From: the human T2T-CHM13v2.0 reference genome, Homo sapiens
Assembly (NCBI RefSeq): GCF_009914755.1
Contig: NC_060928.1
Reading direction: 5' to 3' (one strand)
Length of the DNA: 64,000 nt
In this document: positions 28,541-45,548 of the stretch, one piece after another
Layout of the letters: each line of letters begins with the position of its first letter
Numbering within the stretch: the stretch's first letter is position 1
Notes under the pieces: model-generated
Database searches by the model: none
Seen by the model: only the letters and a program-made list of their open reading frames with translations
Told to the model about the DNA's origin: nothing
Translations under genes and position numbers: made by a program

Positions 28541-29659
28541 CACGAAGAGTGAGGCTGATGTGGTGAACACTGATAGCAATTATGTTCTGATAGGGTTTTG
28601 AATTTCAGGGTGGATACTAGGGAAATAGGGGGTCCTTCTTCCCTGAGGAGTGTGCGTTTTTAAAGCAAAGGATAAAGAAAGCTTTTACTGCAAAGCTTGG
28701 CCTCCAGCTCACAAATGTAAATGTATGCCACAGATACTGAACAATAAGTTATTCACACCTGTGTCAAGAGAGGAGGAGCCGCTTGTCTTAGCTTCAGACC
28801 TTACCATGCTCAAAATGATAACCAATGTTCCAACACCTCCCCCTCCTCCCAGTTCCTCATTTCCTTTTTCACTCCCAAAGGTATGTTGTATTTCATTTGA
28901 AAGTGCTTAGAGACTATAGCAATATGCACTATATAAATAATAGATGGAATGCAATAGAATGGAAATAGTCTTGGACCCCTGACTTTGGCTTACATCCCAA
29001 AACAGACAGATTTAGACATGCAAACACTGTTTCTTTGACAGATTTGTTCTCTTCCCCGCTTTCCTTAAAGCTATCATTTCATTTACTTATTCAAATTTTT
29101 GTATGCCTGTTTGGAGGGTAGGGGAAGTTCACAGTCTTCCACCTCTATTGTTCACGGTGGATGTGCTGAGTGTGGAATGTCAGTGCATATAAAATATAAA
29201 AAAATAAAGGCAGAGGAGGGAGAGCAGTAGAAAAAAGCATAAAGTATAAGACAGAATTAAATAAAACCAACAATAAACAGTTGCTTATTTTTTGCCAGGT
29301 ATTACATCAGAGTGATGTAGGGATACAAAGAACATCGAGGCATGGACTTCATTTCCAAAGGACGTGACTCTTGCATGCAGCAAACTAAGATAAATGCTAG
29401 AAGGAGATGGTAGTGCATGAGGAGTTTGTTTTAGTAGGAGAGATCAAGCTGGAAAGGCTTCCTATGTAGATCTTCTATAGGATTTTGAAGATGTGAAGAA
29501 CAAGAATTTGATAGGGAAAATAGAATGAGCAGAGGTACAGAAACAGAAAAGCAACAAGTGGGGTGGGGATCCATGGGCTGGAGTAACAAAGGCTGAACCC
29601 AGATTAAGGAGGAAAGAAAGAAAGGAATTCACATGAAGTAGGCCGTTCATTCTATGCTG

Positions 29660-29800
29660 AGCTTCTTCAAATGAATTCTCATGTAATCTTCTAAACAGCT
29701 TTGTAAAATAGATACTATTCTTCTCCTTGCACAGATAAGCAAAGTGAAAGGTTAAATATTAGCACACGGATGGGACTTGAACCCAGGTCCTCTGACTGCC
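29660..29800. mobile_element. MIR fragment
   Basis: tgcacagataag...gggacttgaacccaggtcctctgact. Confidence 0.6.
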
Positions 29801-30623
29801 CACCTTGTCCCCCTGTCAGGGTACAAATGTTCTGTGCATTTTTTCTATTGCCTTAGACCCCGGATTTAGGATTTGGAATTTATCTATGGACAATGGGAGC
29901 CACTGAAACTCTTTTCAGCAAGGGAGATACACAATTAAATCAGAAAAGAGAGAACTATCATTAAAATGATCAGTTTTTATCAAAGGGCCTCTTTAGAGGG
30001 CAAGGGGCCCAGATGGGACAGTTAGCAGGCAAGGAACAGTAGCTCTCATTTCGTGACTGCCCTTTTAATATATCTGGCAACTGATCATCTGATATAACAC
30101 TTTAGATCATTGTCTAATAGTCTGAAATTAATCTGAGTTTTTTTATAATCTAATGTGTGCAGCAGCTACAGTACATTTTTTCTCCCTTTATTTGGTTCCC
30201 AAAAGATTAATTACATCAAGGACACCTATTCCAAATTTAGTACAAATTAAAATCACTGAAACATACAGTGCTAGAGCACTCATGCATGGCTGATGGTAGA
30301 GAAATCAGAAGAATCACTTGGAAAGTAATTTGAAACTGTAGATCAAGTCTCAAAAATGTTCATTTTTGAAAATTTTTATAAAGAGAGATTTCAATTGGAG
30401 AAAATGTGTGACCAAATATGTTTATTGCCTCATTATATAATAATAGAAAATAAATGGCATGTTTACCAAATAAAATATTATAAATGTATTAAAATGAAAA
30501 ACATCAGCAACGTGTCAGAATATAGAAATATTTATAAAGTAATGTTATACAAAAAATTTTGAGTACATGATCATAATTTTTAAAATCATCACATGTATTA
30601 GTAGCTACAGGAGAGTAAAGTAG

Positions 30624-30939
<316 letters not shown>

Positions 30940-32159
30940 AGAAAATGGCAATTGTATTTGCTGGGCTTTTTTTTTTTTTTTCTTTAAAATTCTTGTTACG
31001 GTTGTTTTGAACATTTTTTAATAGTATTATTTTCTAAATGTCATGTCTGCAGGCAGAAGCAACTAGGGTGAAAGGGGACAGGAAATCCATCACCAAGAAC
31101 AGCAATATCAAATCACAATGTGCAATTTTTATGCCAAGTACTAGCAAAAGAAATAGTTTTTGGTTATATATTGTTTTGTGTTGCCCTTGATTACTGAGTG
31201 TTTATATTGTTAAGCCAGAAGTATTTGACATTGAATGAAAGGAAGATATGGGACTTCTTTTCTTATAAAAATGTATGTCATTTTTATAATTGGTAAAACA
31301 TTCACATTATACTTTTTCAATTGTGTACATCTTCATCTGTCTGAATAGGTTTAAGGGCAACTCTACCTAAAGGCAAATAAATAGATAAGAGCTCTGAAGT
31401 CTCTTTTAAAAGGTGTATGGTTCTATGACTATCAATCTAGAAATTCACAGCTATTACAGGAAAAGAAAGAACATAAATAGCTACAAAAGAAATAATGGAA
31501 GCATGGGTAAAAGTGGCTTATTTCTATTTAAAAGCATAATTATAATATTGAGAATAAGATACCTTTTTTATTTTAACTGGCACATTTATGAAAATGAAAT
31601 AATACAAGAATAACTGTAATAATAATATTTTACAAAGCACTTTCATACCCATTATCTTTACAGTTTTACATAAAGTAAAATACTGATCCACAAATGGCAT
31701 GTAATACCTTTAATGTGCCTTCCTACTTTAATTTTAGGATAACTATTATAATGAAAATACAGTAGGTAAAAAAATCTGAGTGCAAATGTCGTTGTGATAG
31801 GTACTTGATAAAATAATTCACCTTGAACATAGACACAATCTGTGAGAGCTTAAATTCTAAAATGTACAGCAGGAATGCAGACATATCATAGGATGGCTTA
31901 GTAAAATGAACAAAAACAGAAAAGACAATAGCACAAGTTGAAGCATGCTGGTGGTTAGATCCATAGGAGCTGCAAAGTATGAGATGACATTTCCCTGTGC
32001 CATGGGACTCTATACGAGGCTGGGGGTTGAAGTCTATTTTTGTCCCAGACCCCAGAAAGCAAGTTTTTCTAAGGTTCTGTATCCTAAAATATGAATGTGA
32101 ATTTAAGAGTGATAAAATATGGAATCAAATATTTTTAATGTACTATAGAGCAGATAGAG

Positions 32160-32491
<332 letters not shown>

Positions 32492-33599
32492 TGAGTTTTG
32501 TGAAGTGATCCCTGGGGTATTGGAAAGGAGATAATGTCTGAACAGGGAAAGAAGAGCATCAAAGGATTAATTGATGAGACATGGCAGGCTGACTCCTAAA
32601 AAATGAGGCAAAGGCCTGGAGCATGCTGTCCTTCCCCATGAGAGGGATGTGGATGCTCAGGGGACTGTGCTTGGCTATAGGGGCTGACCTCACGATTCTT
32701 TGGGGTGAGAGAAAGCACAGGGGCCAAACACAAGAGTGCTTTCCACTCATGGGGAGGCATATGCAGCTCTAAGGCAAAGCAGCAGAAGTCCCACCAGGCA
32801 CTCAGGGCACAGAATGGTGAGTCCTACCGTGGATGGGGTTTCCAGGACTCCTGGCATACCTGACTGTTGTGTGCAGTGCACCAGCCATTGAGTGGGCCGA
32901 GTGAATTTCCAGTAGAATTCTAATATATCCTGAGGTTTCCAGAATAGGAACCAAGACAGATTTCCAGTTTTACCAGCTGGGTCAGATAAGAAAATTGACT
33001 CAAGAATTGGAACTTTAGTGAGGAGTTCAATTACCAGGATTGGACAAAGAGGGACACGGATTCAGAGGCCTAGTGGGGAGGGGAGCAGCACTGCTTCCCT
33101 GCCAGTCCAATAATACTAAGTTCCAAATGAGGTCATTGTACTTGCTGCCAACATCAGGAACTAAAGTGGCGCCCAGCCTAGAGTGGCAGCCCTGGACCTG
33201 GCTGTTAAGGCAGATGTAATCTACTGTCAGTGGAGTCAGAAAACAGAAGTTTAGTGTTTAGAGCTGGTGACTACACAGGAAAAACGATTGTTTCCCAGAC
33301 ACTGGAAGAGTGTTAGTAACGATGGTGGCCTGAACACAGAATAGTAGGTAAGGATGGTGTACGCCAGGAAGATAAAGCATTTTCTGATAGTTGTAGGTTG
33401 AAGGAGCTATGGTTAACACTTAAAAATCTGAGAGGCTTTGAGGTGGCCAGAGAGATGGAGACCACAGTGTCATCCTGGTGTTTAATCCTGTACAGAGCAA
33501 ACTAAATGCCATAAACCCTATTTGTGAAATAGCTTAACCTTATGTAAATTCTAATTTTAAATTACCATTCATAGAGTAGTATTAAGTATATATAGCATA

Positions 33600-33918
<319 letters not shown>

Positions 33919-34306
33919 GTAACATAGCTGAATACTGACTATGGTAAACAAATTGGAGGGAAAGGAATATAGCCAGAAAACAGCAGAAAAAAACCTGGAA
34001 CCCTGAAGTTTGGCCTCTATTGGAAAAACCTCACCACCCTCACCTCACACACCTTCAACTGTGAGAGCTGGCCCCAGTCCTGTATTTTTGTTCCCTGTCC
34101 CCTCATCACCTTCAGACCCAATGCCTACAGTCCTCAGCCCACCTTTCAGAAAACACATGTACTTGCCTTACCCCGAGACCAGGAACACTGTTGGCCCTTC
34201 ACTGTATCCTGGGACACTGGTTCATGGTGGGTGGGAGACACATGGCATGGGCGCCTCCATTTATCCTTTGAGCCAAAATGATGGTTTGTAAAGAAGTGAA
34301 CACTTA

Positions 34307-34886
<580 letters not shown>

Positions 34887-35421
34887 CTAACTGGCTGCCA
34901 AAAAGAGACAGGACTACCATGGGACCCTACCAGGGGTTAGAAGGAGGGGATGTCTTATCCCCGATTCCACTGTGAGCAGCTAAAAAGCAGAGACTATTTT
35001 CATTATTTTTGTAGTAGTTACCTCTTGATTGTTCCCTGGCAGGCTGCCTAGAAAGCAAGGGTTACATAGATTTGAAACTAAGGTAATTGGCTTTAGTTTT
35101 TATGTTAATTGCTTTAATATTTTTCCTTTATTACTACTATGGGCCACTATTTTAAAACACCTATCATATGCTAGCCATTATGATGGAATGGGTATTTACA
35201 TATATGTAAAAGATTTAACTATGCCCCCTTTTCAGGTAAGATAATTGACTCTCAGGAAGATTAACTGAGACTTGAACTCAGGTTGTGGTGCCTAGTTTCA
35301 AAACCCAAAGCTTCCCCACATTCCATTCACTCTTTCTTTTAACTCTTACTGTGTAAAGTGAGGTTTCAAAACCCTTTATCACCTCACCTGACTCTTGACT
35401 AGTCTTGAAAGCTTCTTGTGA

Positions 35422-35842
<421 letters not shown>

Positions 35843-36032
35843 TAAGTTAATAAGACAGACTGTATAAAGACACTATCATTTGGTGTAAGTTTAGTTCTAT
35901 TTACTCAACCTCACAATGATAATTACAGAATAAGATGTTAGGGTGGCTTCACAATACAGTTTCAATGCTTTCATTTTAAAGACCAACAAAAGAGAAGACA
36001 CTAAGCAAAAATAGGAGAGGCTTACAAAATTA

Positions 36033-36473
<441 letters not shown>

Positions 36474-36887
36474 TTAGTTTTTATTTGTTTATTTAAGTAC
36501 TTACAAGGATAATATCAAAAGACGGCCGAAAGCGTGTTAACTTTGGTATTTGTAATTTATCACTATATATTATTAATGAGTTGATGAATAAATAATGAAT
36601 AGTAAGACGAACAGAGAATATTTTTTGAATCAACAAAATTGGTTTGAGCAATGGTTACAATGGAGTGATTAATGTTCAGTGGCTCATGGGTTTGCATTCT
36701 TCATATTTACCAGGGTAAAAGGATCATGTGGAGCCAGAAAAACGTATGAGGAAATTTTAAGATACTTCAAAGGAATTGTTTCTAAAATCTTTCTAAAAAA
36801 GACATGTAGGGAAACAAAAACAATTTATTAGTAGCTTTATTGCTGTTCTCTCTCAATGCTCATTTTAATGTTCAAAACAAATCTCTT

Positions 36888-37090
<203 letters not shown>

Positions 37091-37122
37091 TTATTTTTAT
37101 TTATTATTATTATTATTTTTTT

Positions 37123-37222
37123 AAGACTAGTCAAGTGCAGTAGTGAGAAGAGGAGAAAGAGTAGAACAAGGAGTTTGACTATGAACAATCAGTTGACATA
37201 ACTCATCACCTTCAGACTAGCC
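37123..37222 (-). pseudogene. Y1 RNA (RNY1-derived) retrocopy
   Basis: Reverse complement GGCTAGTCTGAAGGTGATGAGTTATGTCAACTGATTGTTCATAGTCA..AACTCCTTGTTCTACTCTTTC...CACTACTGCACTTGACTAGTCTT matches hY1 with an ~11-nt internal deletion; A-rich tail 37094-37122; TSD ACATCTTCCATTTTA at 37079-37093 and 37224-37238. Confidence 0.93.
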
Positions 37223-38262
37223 AACATCTTCCATTTTAATGTGAAAAATAACAAGCCAAGTAGGCTAGAAAAGGATTACTAAGTAAAATCACATTTCCGA
37301 TGTCAGTAATATTCTTGAAATTCTTCACTGTTTCTTGTTTGAAAGAAATGCAGATGATTCGTATTTTTCCTCTTACTCAAAAATGGTCAACAACAAGATT
37401 GCTTGAAAAAGCATCACCGTATTTCATGTTAACTTTTCCCCTAACACTTATAATGTCTATGGTTTCCTCTCCCAAATTCTATTTTAATGTCTGAAAAATA
37501 TTAAATACCCCAAATTTTGTGAAAACTACATTAATTATTAAAAGTTTTATACATATAAACTTTATATATGCATATATTTATATGTTTTTAAATCGTTTTC
37601 ATTAAAAGGCCTTAGTCTAATTCCATTGAGACTACTGTCTGTCTTTCACCTGTGAAGTTGTATAGATTTTTTAAATCAATTTCCACATATGGAAAGAATA
37701 CACATGTGTATTGAGGGAATAAAAGGAAGCATTGATTATCTCTCAAATCATATTAATGTAACCCAACATTGAGTTTTCTATTTGGTTCCATAGCTTTGCA
37801 TTAGTAATGCATGCAGTTATTTGCAAACAGAATTCCACATTCCCTGGGCAGAATGGTGACGGGGAAGATGCATTTGGTCAGGGGACCTTTTAGAGAATTT
37901 CACATTATACCTGTTCACATAAACTTACTCACATACATTTGCACTTTTATTTTGAAAGACCCTTGAGCAAAGATGTCTTGCTAGTTCCTCTCTATGCAGA
38001 TTTTCTTTTAGAACTCTAGCTGCTTTTGAGTATTTGACAATGAATAGAGACCAAATGGCAGCACCTATTTTGAAGGAAGAGATGGGGTAGAATCTATTCT
38101 CCATCTTCTAAGTAAATGTTCTAAATAGCTAGACAAGTTCACCATAAACTAAGTTTCATACCATAAGGAAGAGTACCTTTTCATCAGCCTTTCATATTAA
38201 ATAAAATTGAGACTTTTGAAATATTTATTCATTTAGGCAGTTCTTTAAAAACTATTTTTCTT

Positions 38263-38462
38263 GGCTGGGTGTGTTGGCTCACACCTGTAATCCCAGCACT
38301 TTGGGAGGCCAAGGCTGGCAAATCACTTGCAGTCAGGAGTTTGAGACCAGCCTGGGCAGCATGGCGAAACCCTCTCTCTACAAAAAATACAAAAATTAGC
38401 CAGGCGTGGTGGCATGCATCTGTTGTCCCATCTACTTGGGAGGCTGAGGTGGGAGGATCTCC
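38263..38462 (+). mobile_element. Alu lacking its 3' end
   Basis: Left arm and start of right arm; stops at gggaggatc with no tail. Confidence 0.85.
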
Positions 38463-38488
38463 TAAGTCTCTCTTCTCAGAATAAGGTA

Positions 38489-38502
38489 GTTGCCATGGAA
38501 AC
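38489..38502. promoter_or_regulatory. RFX X-box motif
   Basis: GTTGCCATGGAAAC, one base from the palindromic optimum GTTGCCATGGCAAC; function unproven. Confidence 0.5.
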
Positions 38503-38659
38503 AATGACAATGACTAAATTCAACTAGAAACATTGCCTGTTAAATATGCCACATACATACAGTTCTTTCCTTCCTTCAAAGTAGAGAGAAGTCATCTGGA
38601 GAGTGGGTAACAATCTTAAGACATTGTAATACACTCACATTGATTCCAAGAGTCATTGA

Positions 38660-38800
38660 GATTTTGCTATATGTCAGACCTATTATCCCCATTTTATAGA
38701 TAAGAAAGTTAAGGTTATGAGAAGTTAAATAACTTTTCCAAGGGTCACATAGCTAGGATTCAGAATGAGACATGTCTGATATCAGAGTCCTCTCTGCTAT
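38660..38800. mobile_element. MIR fragment
   Basis: tattatccccattttatagataagaaa...gttaaataacttttccaagggtcacatagct. Confidence 0.7.
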
Positions 38801-39324
38801 GTGGCTGCCAATCATTTGTGGCTATGTATGTGTCTTTACTTCCCTCATTGTTCACTTCTTTCTCAAGCCTCCTAAATAGCTTCCACTTTTATAATTCCAC
38901 AGATATTGTCTAATTCAAAATTCTAAAATTGTTTGGGCAAAATGTTGCAGTCCTCCAAGATTCCATTTACCTTTTACGCAAATTTCAATTCCCAGAAATA
39001 TGACATATTACATAACTTGAGAAACATTTTGCCATAAAACACTATGAATGCTGGAAAATAACTAATGCATACCTGACTTGTAAGTGATATCTGCAGGGGA
39101 CAAAAATGAAGAGTGGTGAGTATTGGAGTTATGGATGCTGCAATCCTATGGAAGATGTGCTGGTGCCACAGGGAAATATGCTTTGTTAGATCTAGGGGTG
39201 TGGATTTCAATGCCCTCAGGATATACGACTGAGTCCTGGGCTCACGCAAGACAGAGAGCTAAAACCAACACCTCTGCATGAATTCAGAACCTTCAAAAAG
39301 CTATGTCCTTAGTGAATGTGTGGA

Positions 39325-39436
39325 ATGTATGTATGTGTGTGTGTATATATGTATGTATGTATACATGTATTACATATATCCTATATATGTATGGGATGAC
39401 ATACGTGTGTGTATTTTATATATATATATATAATAT
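39325..39436. repeat. (TATG/TG/TA)n low-complexity tract
   Basis: Directly visible. Confidence 0.85.
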
Positions 39437-39594
39437 TAAAGGGTTGAGTAATATATATCTCAACCCTTCTCATTAACACTTGAAGTCAACAAAGAAACTT
39501 GTCAGTTTGGACCCTCTGTGGAAGAAAACAGTCTCTCTTGGGAATTTGTAACCTTATATCTGCTCTTATCCTGGCTTAGGATTTGAATTTATAC

Positions 39595-39800
39595 CAGGGG
39601 TTGGCAAATATTTTCTGTAAAGGGCCAGAGAATAACTATTATCAGCTTTGTACACGTAGGCTCTGTTATAGCTATTCAGCGCTGCCTTTGCAGAGGGAAG
39701 GTGCTGTAGGCAATGTGTAAACAAACGGGCATGTTTGTGTATCAATAGAACTTTTATAAAAGCAGGTGGTGGTTTGTTGATTTACACTATCTGCATGGGC
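39595..39800 (+). mobile_element. MER58A-like hAT-Charlie element
   Basis: caggggttggcaaa...ctgtaaagggccaga...taaacaaacgggcatg. Confidence 0.75.
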
Positions 39801-40090
39801 CAGGAACCTGTAAGTCAAAAAACTGATCCCAATAAAAATTGGTCTTTCACATATTTCTGAATATAAAGCATACAAGAAAGCAGTACAGCATACCTGAGAG
39901 CCAGCAGACATGGGAGGAATGGGTTCCCCAGGACATTCAGATAACAGAACGACTGGATAGGAACTATAAAATAAACATAAATGTGATTAAGAACATAGAA
40001 AGACTCTAAAGTGTGAGAACAGAATGAGAATCTATTTAAAAAAAAAACCAACATATAGGTTTGAAAGGAATAATTAAATAGAACTTTTGA

Positions 40091-40349
<259 letters not shown>

Positions 40350-40379
40350 TGAACTTCTATAAATGACAAACAAAAGTAA

Positions 40380-41519
<1,140 letters not shown>

Positions 41520-41804
41520 GAAAAAGAGCAGAAGTGAGACTCAATGAGCCAAAACTGACAAAACTACCCATAACTTGGAGAAAGGAAGAAATGGAAAATA
41601 GAAAAGGTAAATTGGGATGGAGAAGAAACCAAAAAGACATATTATTTACAAAGCAATGATAATTAGAATTGTAGTCTAACTTGGTGAATCTTCCACTTGA
41701 AGTAAAGTAGATCCTTTTGGGAGCTACCTCTTTAGGGCTAATAATGCAACATCTCTGAGCACATCTTTCATCTCCTAGATTACCTCTTATGTTGGTTCCT
41801 CCTA

Positions 41805-42137
<333 letters not shown>

Positions 42138-42239
42138 TTAAATCCTACTTCAGATCCTTTTCACTTTCTCTTAAAAATGCTTCTGAAATTAAATAATGCT
42201 AGAAGTCTTTAGGAAGTATGAATTTAGGTTTTTAACTTG

Positions 42240-42470
42240 TTTTCTTTTTTCTTTTTTTTTTAAGAGACAAGGCCTCACTCCGACACCCAGGCTGGAGTGC
42301 AGTGGTGTGATCATGGCTCACTGCAGCCTCAACCTCCCCAGGCTCAAGAAATCCTCCTACCTCAGCCTCCCAAATATTTGGGACCACAGGCACGTGCCAC
42401 CACACCTGGCTAATTAAAAAAAAAAAAATCTTTTGTAGATATGAGGTCTCCCTATGTTGCCCAGCCTGGT
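42240..42470 (-). mobile_element. AluJ, 5'-truncated
   Basis: Right arm plus part of left arm. Confidence 0.82.
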
Positions 42471-44841
42471 ACTTATTTTCTGTAAATCATGAACATACCT
42501 TGATGCAATATTAACATTTTTCTCATACCCTTTAGAAACTCCTTTGTACATGATACATATTTTTTTTTCTTCAGTTCTTTTTTATTCCTAATGAAGCAAA
42601 CATCTGGGATATTTAATACAAAGTGGAGCATTCTTGACTAACCATTTAAATATTGTCTCTATTTTGTTAGACTCTGACATTAACAAGAATGGCTTCCACC
42701 TGTCTCTCGAAGTCTACTGGAAGGCTTTGGAATCCTAATAGCAGAGATTGCATATTTAGTGCCACAGAGAACTAAGCATGTAATATTTTAGGCACGTTAT
42801 TGTAAAAGAAGGGAATGACTAGTAACCTCTCGCAAAGTACAAGAAGGAGGTGGTACACTTTTTTTTTTTTTGTAACAACAATTACTCATGACAGAAGGAC
42901 TCAGATGGGGAAAAGGACAGATGGTTCTTATTACACCCTGCCCCTAACTTGAATTACCATTCCCTACCATAAACAGAATGTGCCAAAACTGTAAGAGAAA
43001 AAATCATGAGATAAAAATCTGCAATATTTTGTGCCATCGAGTTGTTTAAAACCACAATGTAATGACAAGTACATTTAGTGAATACAGTGAAGTCAGAAAA
43101 TCTTTTGCCATAATAAACATCAACAGTCATCAAGTATTTAATTGATTCAAGGGTAATATATACACTGGCAAGTGATTGAATGTAAATACGTTTTAAAGTG
43201 AATTTTTAAGTTTCCATCATATTGTCTAGTATAATCTTTACAACTCCACTGTAAGCTTTTGTTGCTTTAATAGTTCACTAAGCTTTGACCTACACAAACT
43301 AAACTTTTCTGAGTGGTGATTAAGTTTTAATGCCAGATGATGCCTAGACATTTTCAAATGTAAAGATACACATATGGTTTGGAAGAGCCTTAAATTATTA
43401 ATATCAACCAAGTGGTAGATAAGGAGAATATTTTGCTAACTTTGGAGGTATTTCTTACCTCCTTCACACATAAGTCTTATTAGATTGTCCTCAATATGGC
43501 AATCTGTAATGTAATACTTATTAGAGAAGAGTGCTGTGAAATGGAGACATGCTTTTTATCACTTAAATGTATGCAGACCCACATACTCAGAATTTTCAGG
43601 ATTCTGAAAGATATGAGTGAAAACTTGTGTCAGAGAATATATGTTTATGTGGCACTTATTTGGTTTTATGAATGTTTTAGAGGGAAAGTTGCCAGGCGAG
43701 AACTCATCCTCTAAGGACGCTTGATAGCATGCTGGAACCATTCGTTCTGGATCTGCGCCAAGCCTCAGTGGTCAGCAATGATGATGAGCACTATTGGCAA
43801 CATGATTTTCAGAAAGAACAATCAAAACAGATTCTGTTTGTTGCCCTGTGGATTGGTTCCAAGAAACATCTTTGTCTCTGGATGATCAAAGCATGGTCTG
43901 ATAGGCTAAGAATGCAGTAATTGTTATAATTAGCTAATAATTTTGGAGCAAAAAAAATTATTAGTGGCTGCTAACTCGTTTGCATGCTAATGTTTTTGGA
44001 GGGAGGGGAAAATCTTTTGAGGCTTGACATTTAAAAAATGGATCTGAGTTAACTTTTGGCAGTAGTTGTTGTTAGAATAATATACAGGAGATTGTATTTA
44101 GGTGATGCCTTCAGAGAATCCTAAAAGGTGGCTGGTAGAACCTGTGTGTGGTTTCTGGTATCTCAGGTAAAGTTGTCCAGAGTGAGCTTCCTCTTGAGGA
44201 CAAAGGACAAGAGGAAGAACAGGAGGAGCCTTGGATTTACAGATTCTACCATTTACTCACAAGAATAATAAAAATTCAAAACACCTGCTGTCTCTCAGGA
44301 TCAAAAAGCAACACAGCGATTTCTTTTAAACAAAAGCAAACACAGGGCAGCAATGAGAAATTCATTATGAAAGAAAATGAAGCAAGTATCTGGACTTGGG
44401 CCCTTCCCAAGCCCTGAAAACTAAAGTCTGAACATCCTGATAGATGAGTCACTGCCTCCTTCCTGCTAATGTTTGTACCTGAGAATTCTTTTTTTTCTTT
44501 TGTCACCATGAGGGAAAGAATTCTTTTTTCCTGTTGGCTCAGTAGAAGAGACTGGAGGATTCTACTCCAGTTTCTCAAGCTGTGGAGTTGTGGTGGATGA
44601 TGATGTCAGAAAAGAGAGAGAGATTCCAAAATCCTGGGTTGCAGGTTGGAATTTGACTGCTTTCCCACAAAAACAACAGGGAGCTAGAGTTCTTTGGTTC
44701 AGCTGCCTGGGGGTTAGTAGACCTGCAAGGTCCTGCTAGGAACCTAACTACCATTTTTAGCATTGTTTCCATAGGAATTTTTTCTTCTAAGTTCCAAATG
44801 AATTCACAAATACCTGTTTTAGAAGTAACAATAGCAGTTAG

Positions 44842-45145
44842 AGCCAGACATCTGTGGCTCACCCCTGTAGTCCCAGCACTTTGGTAGGCCAAGGTGGGTG
44901 GATCACTTGGGCCCAAGGAGTTTGAGACCAGCCTGGGCAACATGGCAAAGCCCCCGCTATACAAAAAATACAGAAATTAGCTAGGTGTTGTGGCGCATGC
45001 CTGTAGTCATAGCCACTCAGGAATCTGAGGTCAGAGGATCACCTAAGGCTGGGAAGTAAAGGCTGCAGTGAGCTGTGATTGCACCACTCACTCCAGCCTG
45101 AGTGATAAAGTGAGACCCTGTCTCAAAAAAAGAATAAAAGAAAAA
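44842..45145 (+). mobile_element. AluJ
   Basis: Dimer. Confidence 0.87.
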
Positions 45146-45264
45146 TATTAATAGAAGTTTGTAGATTGAGGACAACTTGGATTTGAATGTCTCCTTTGTG
45201 TTTATTTCTTGATCTTTTCTGTTATAGTGTTTTAATGATGCTCATTGTTAATCTTATGAATTCT

Positions 45265-45548
45265 TTTTTTTTTTTTTTTTTTTTGGAGATAGGGTCTCAC
45301 TTTGTCACCCAGGCTGGAGTGTGGAGTGTAGTGGTACTAACATGACTCACTGCAGTCTTAACCTCCTGGACTAAGCAATTCTCCTGCCTCAGCTCCCCGA
45401 GCAGCTCAGATTACAGACACGCACCACCATGCCTATATAATTTTTGTGTTTTTTGTAGAGATGGGGTTTCGCCATATTGCCTAGGCTGGTCTCAAACTCC
45501 TGGGCTCATGTGATCTACCTGGCTCGGCCTCCCAAAGTGCTGGGATTA
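45265..45548 (-). mobile_element. AluJ, 5'-truncated
   Basis: TSD tgttaatcttatgaattcttttt on both sides. Confidence 0.88.

Noticed and set aside
43778-43901. ATGATGA ... CTGA pair resembling a C/D-box snoRNA
   Set aside because: No terminal stem, no recognisable rRNA/snRNA guide, no known + strand host; both boxes are common by chance
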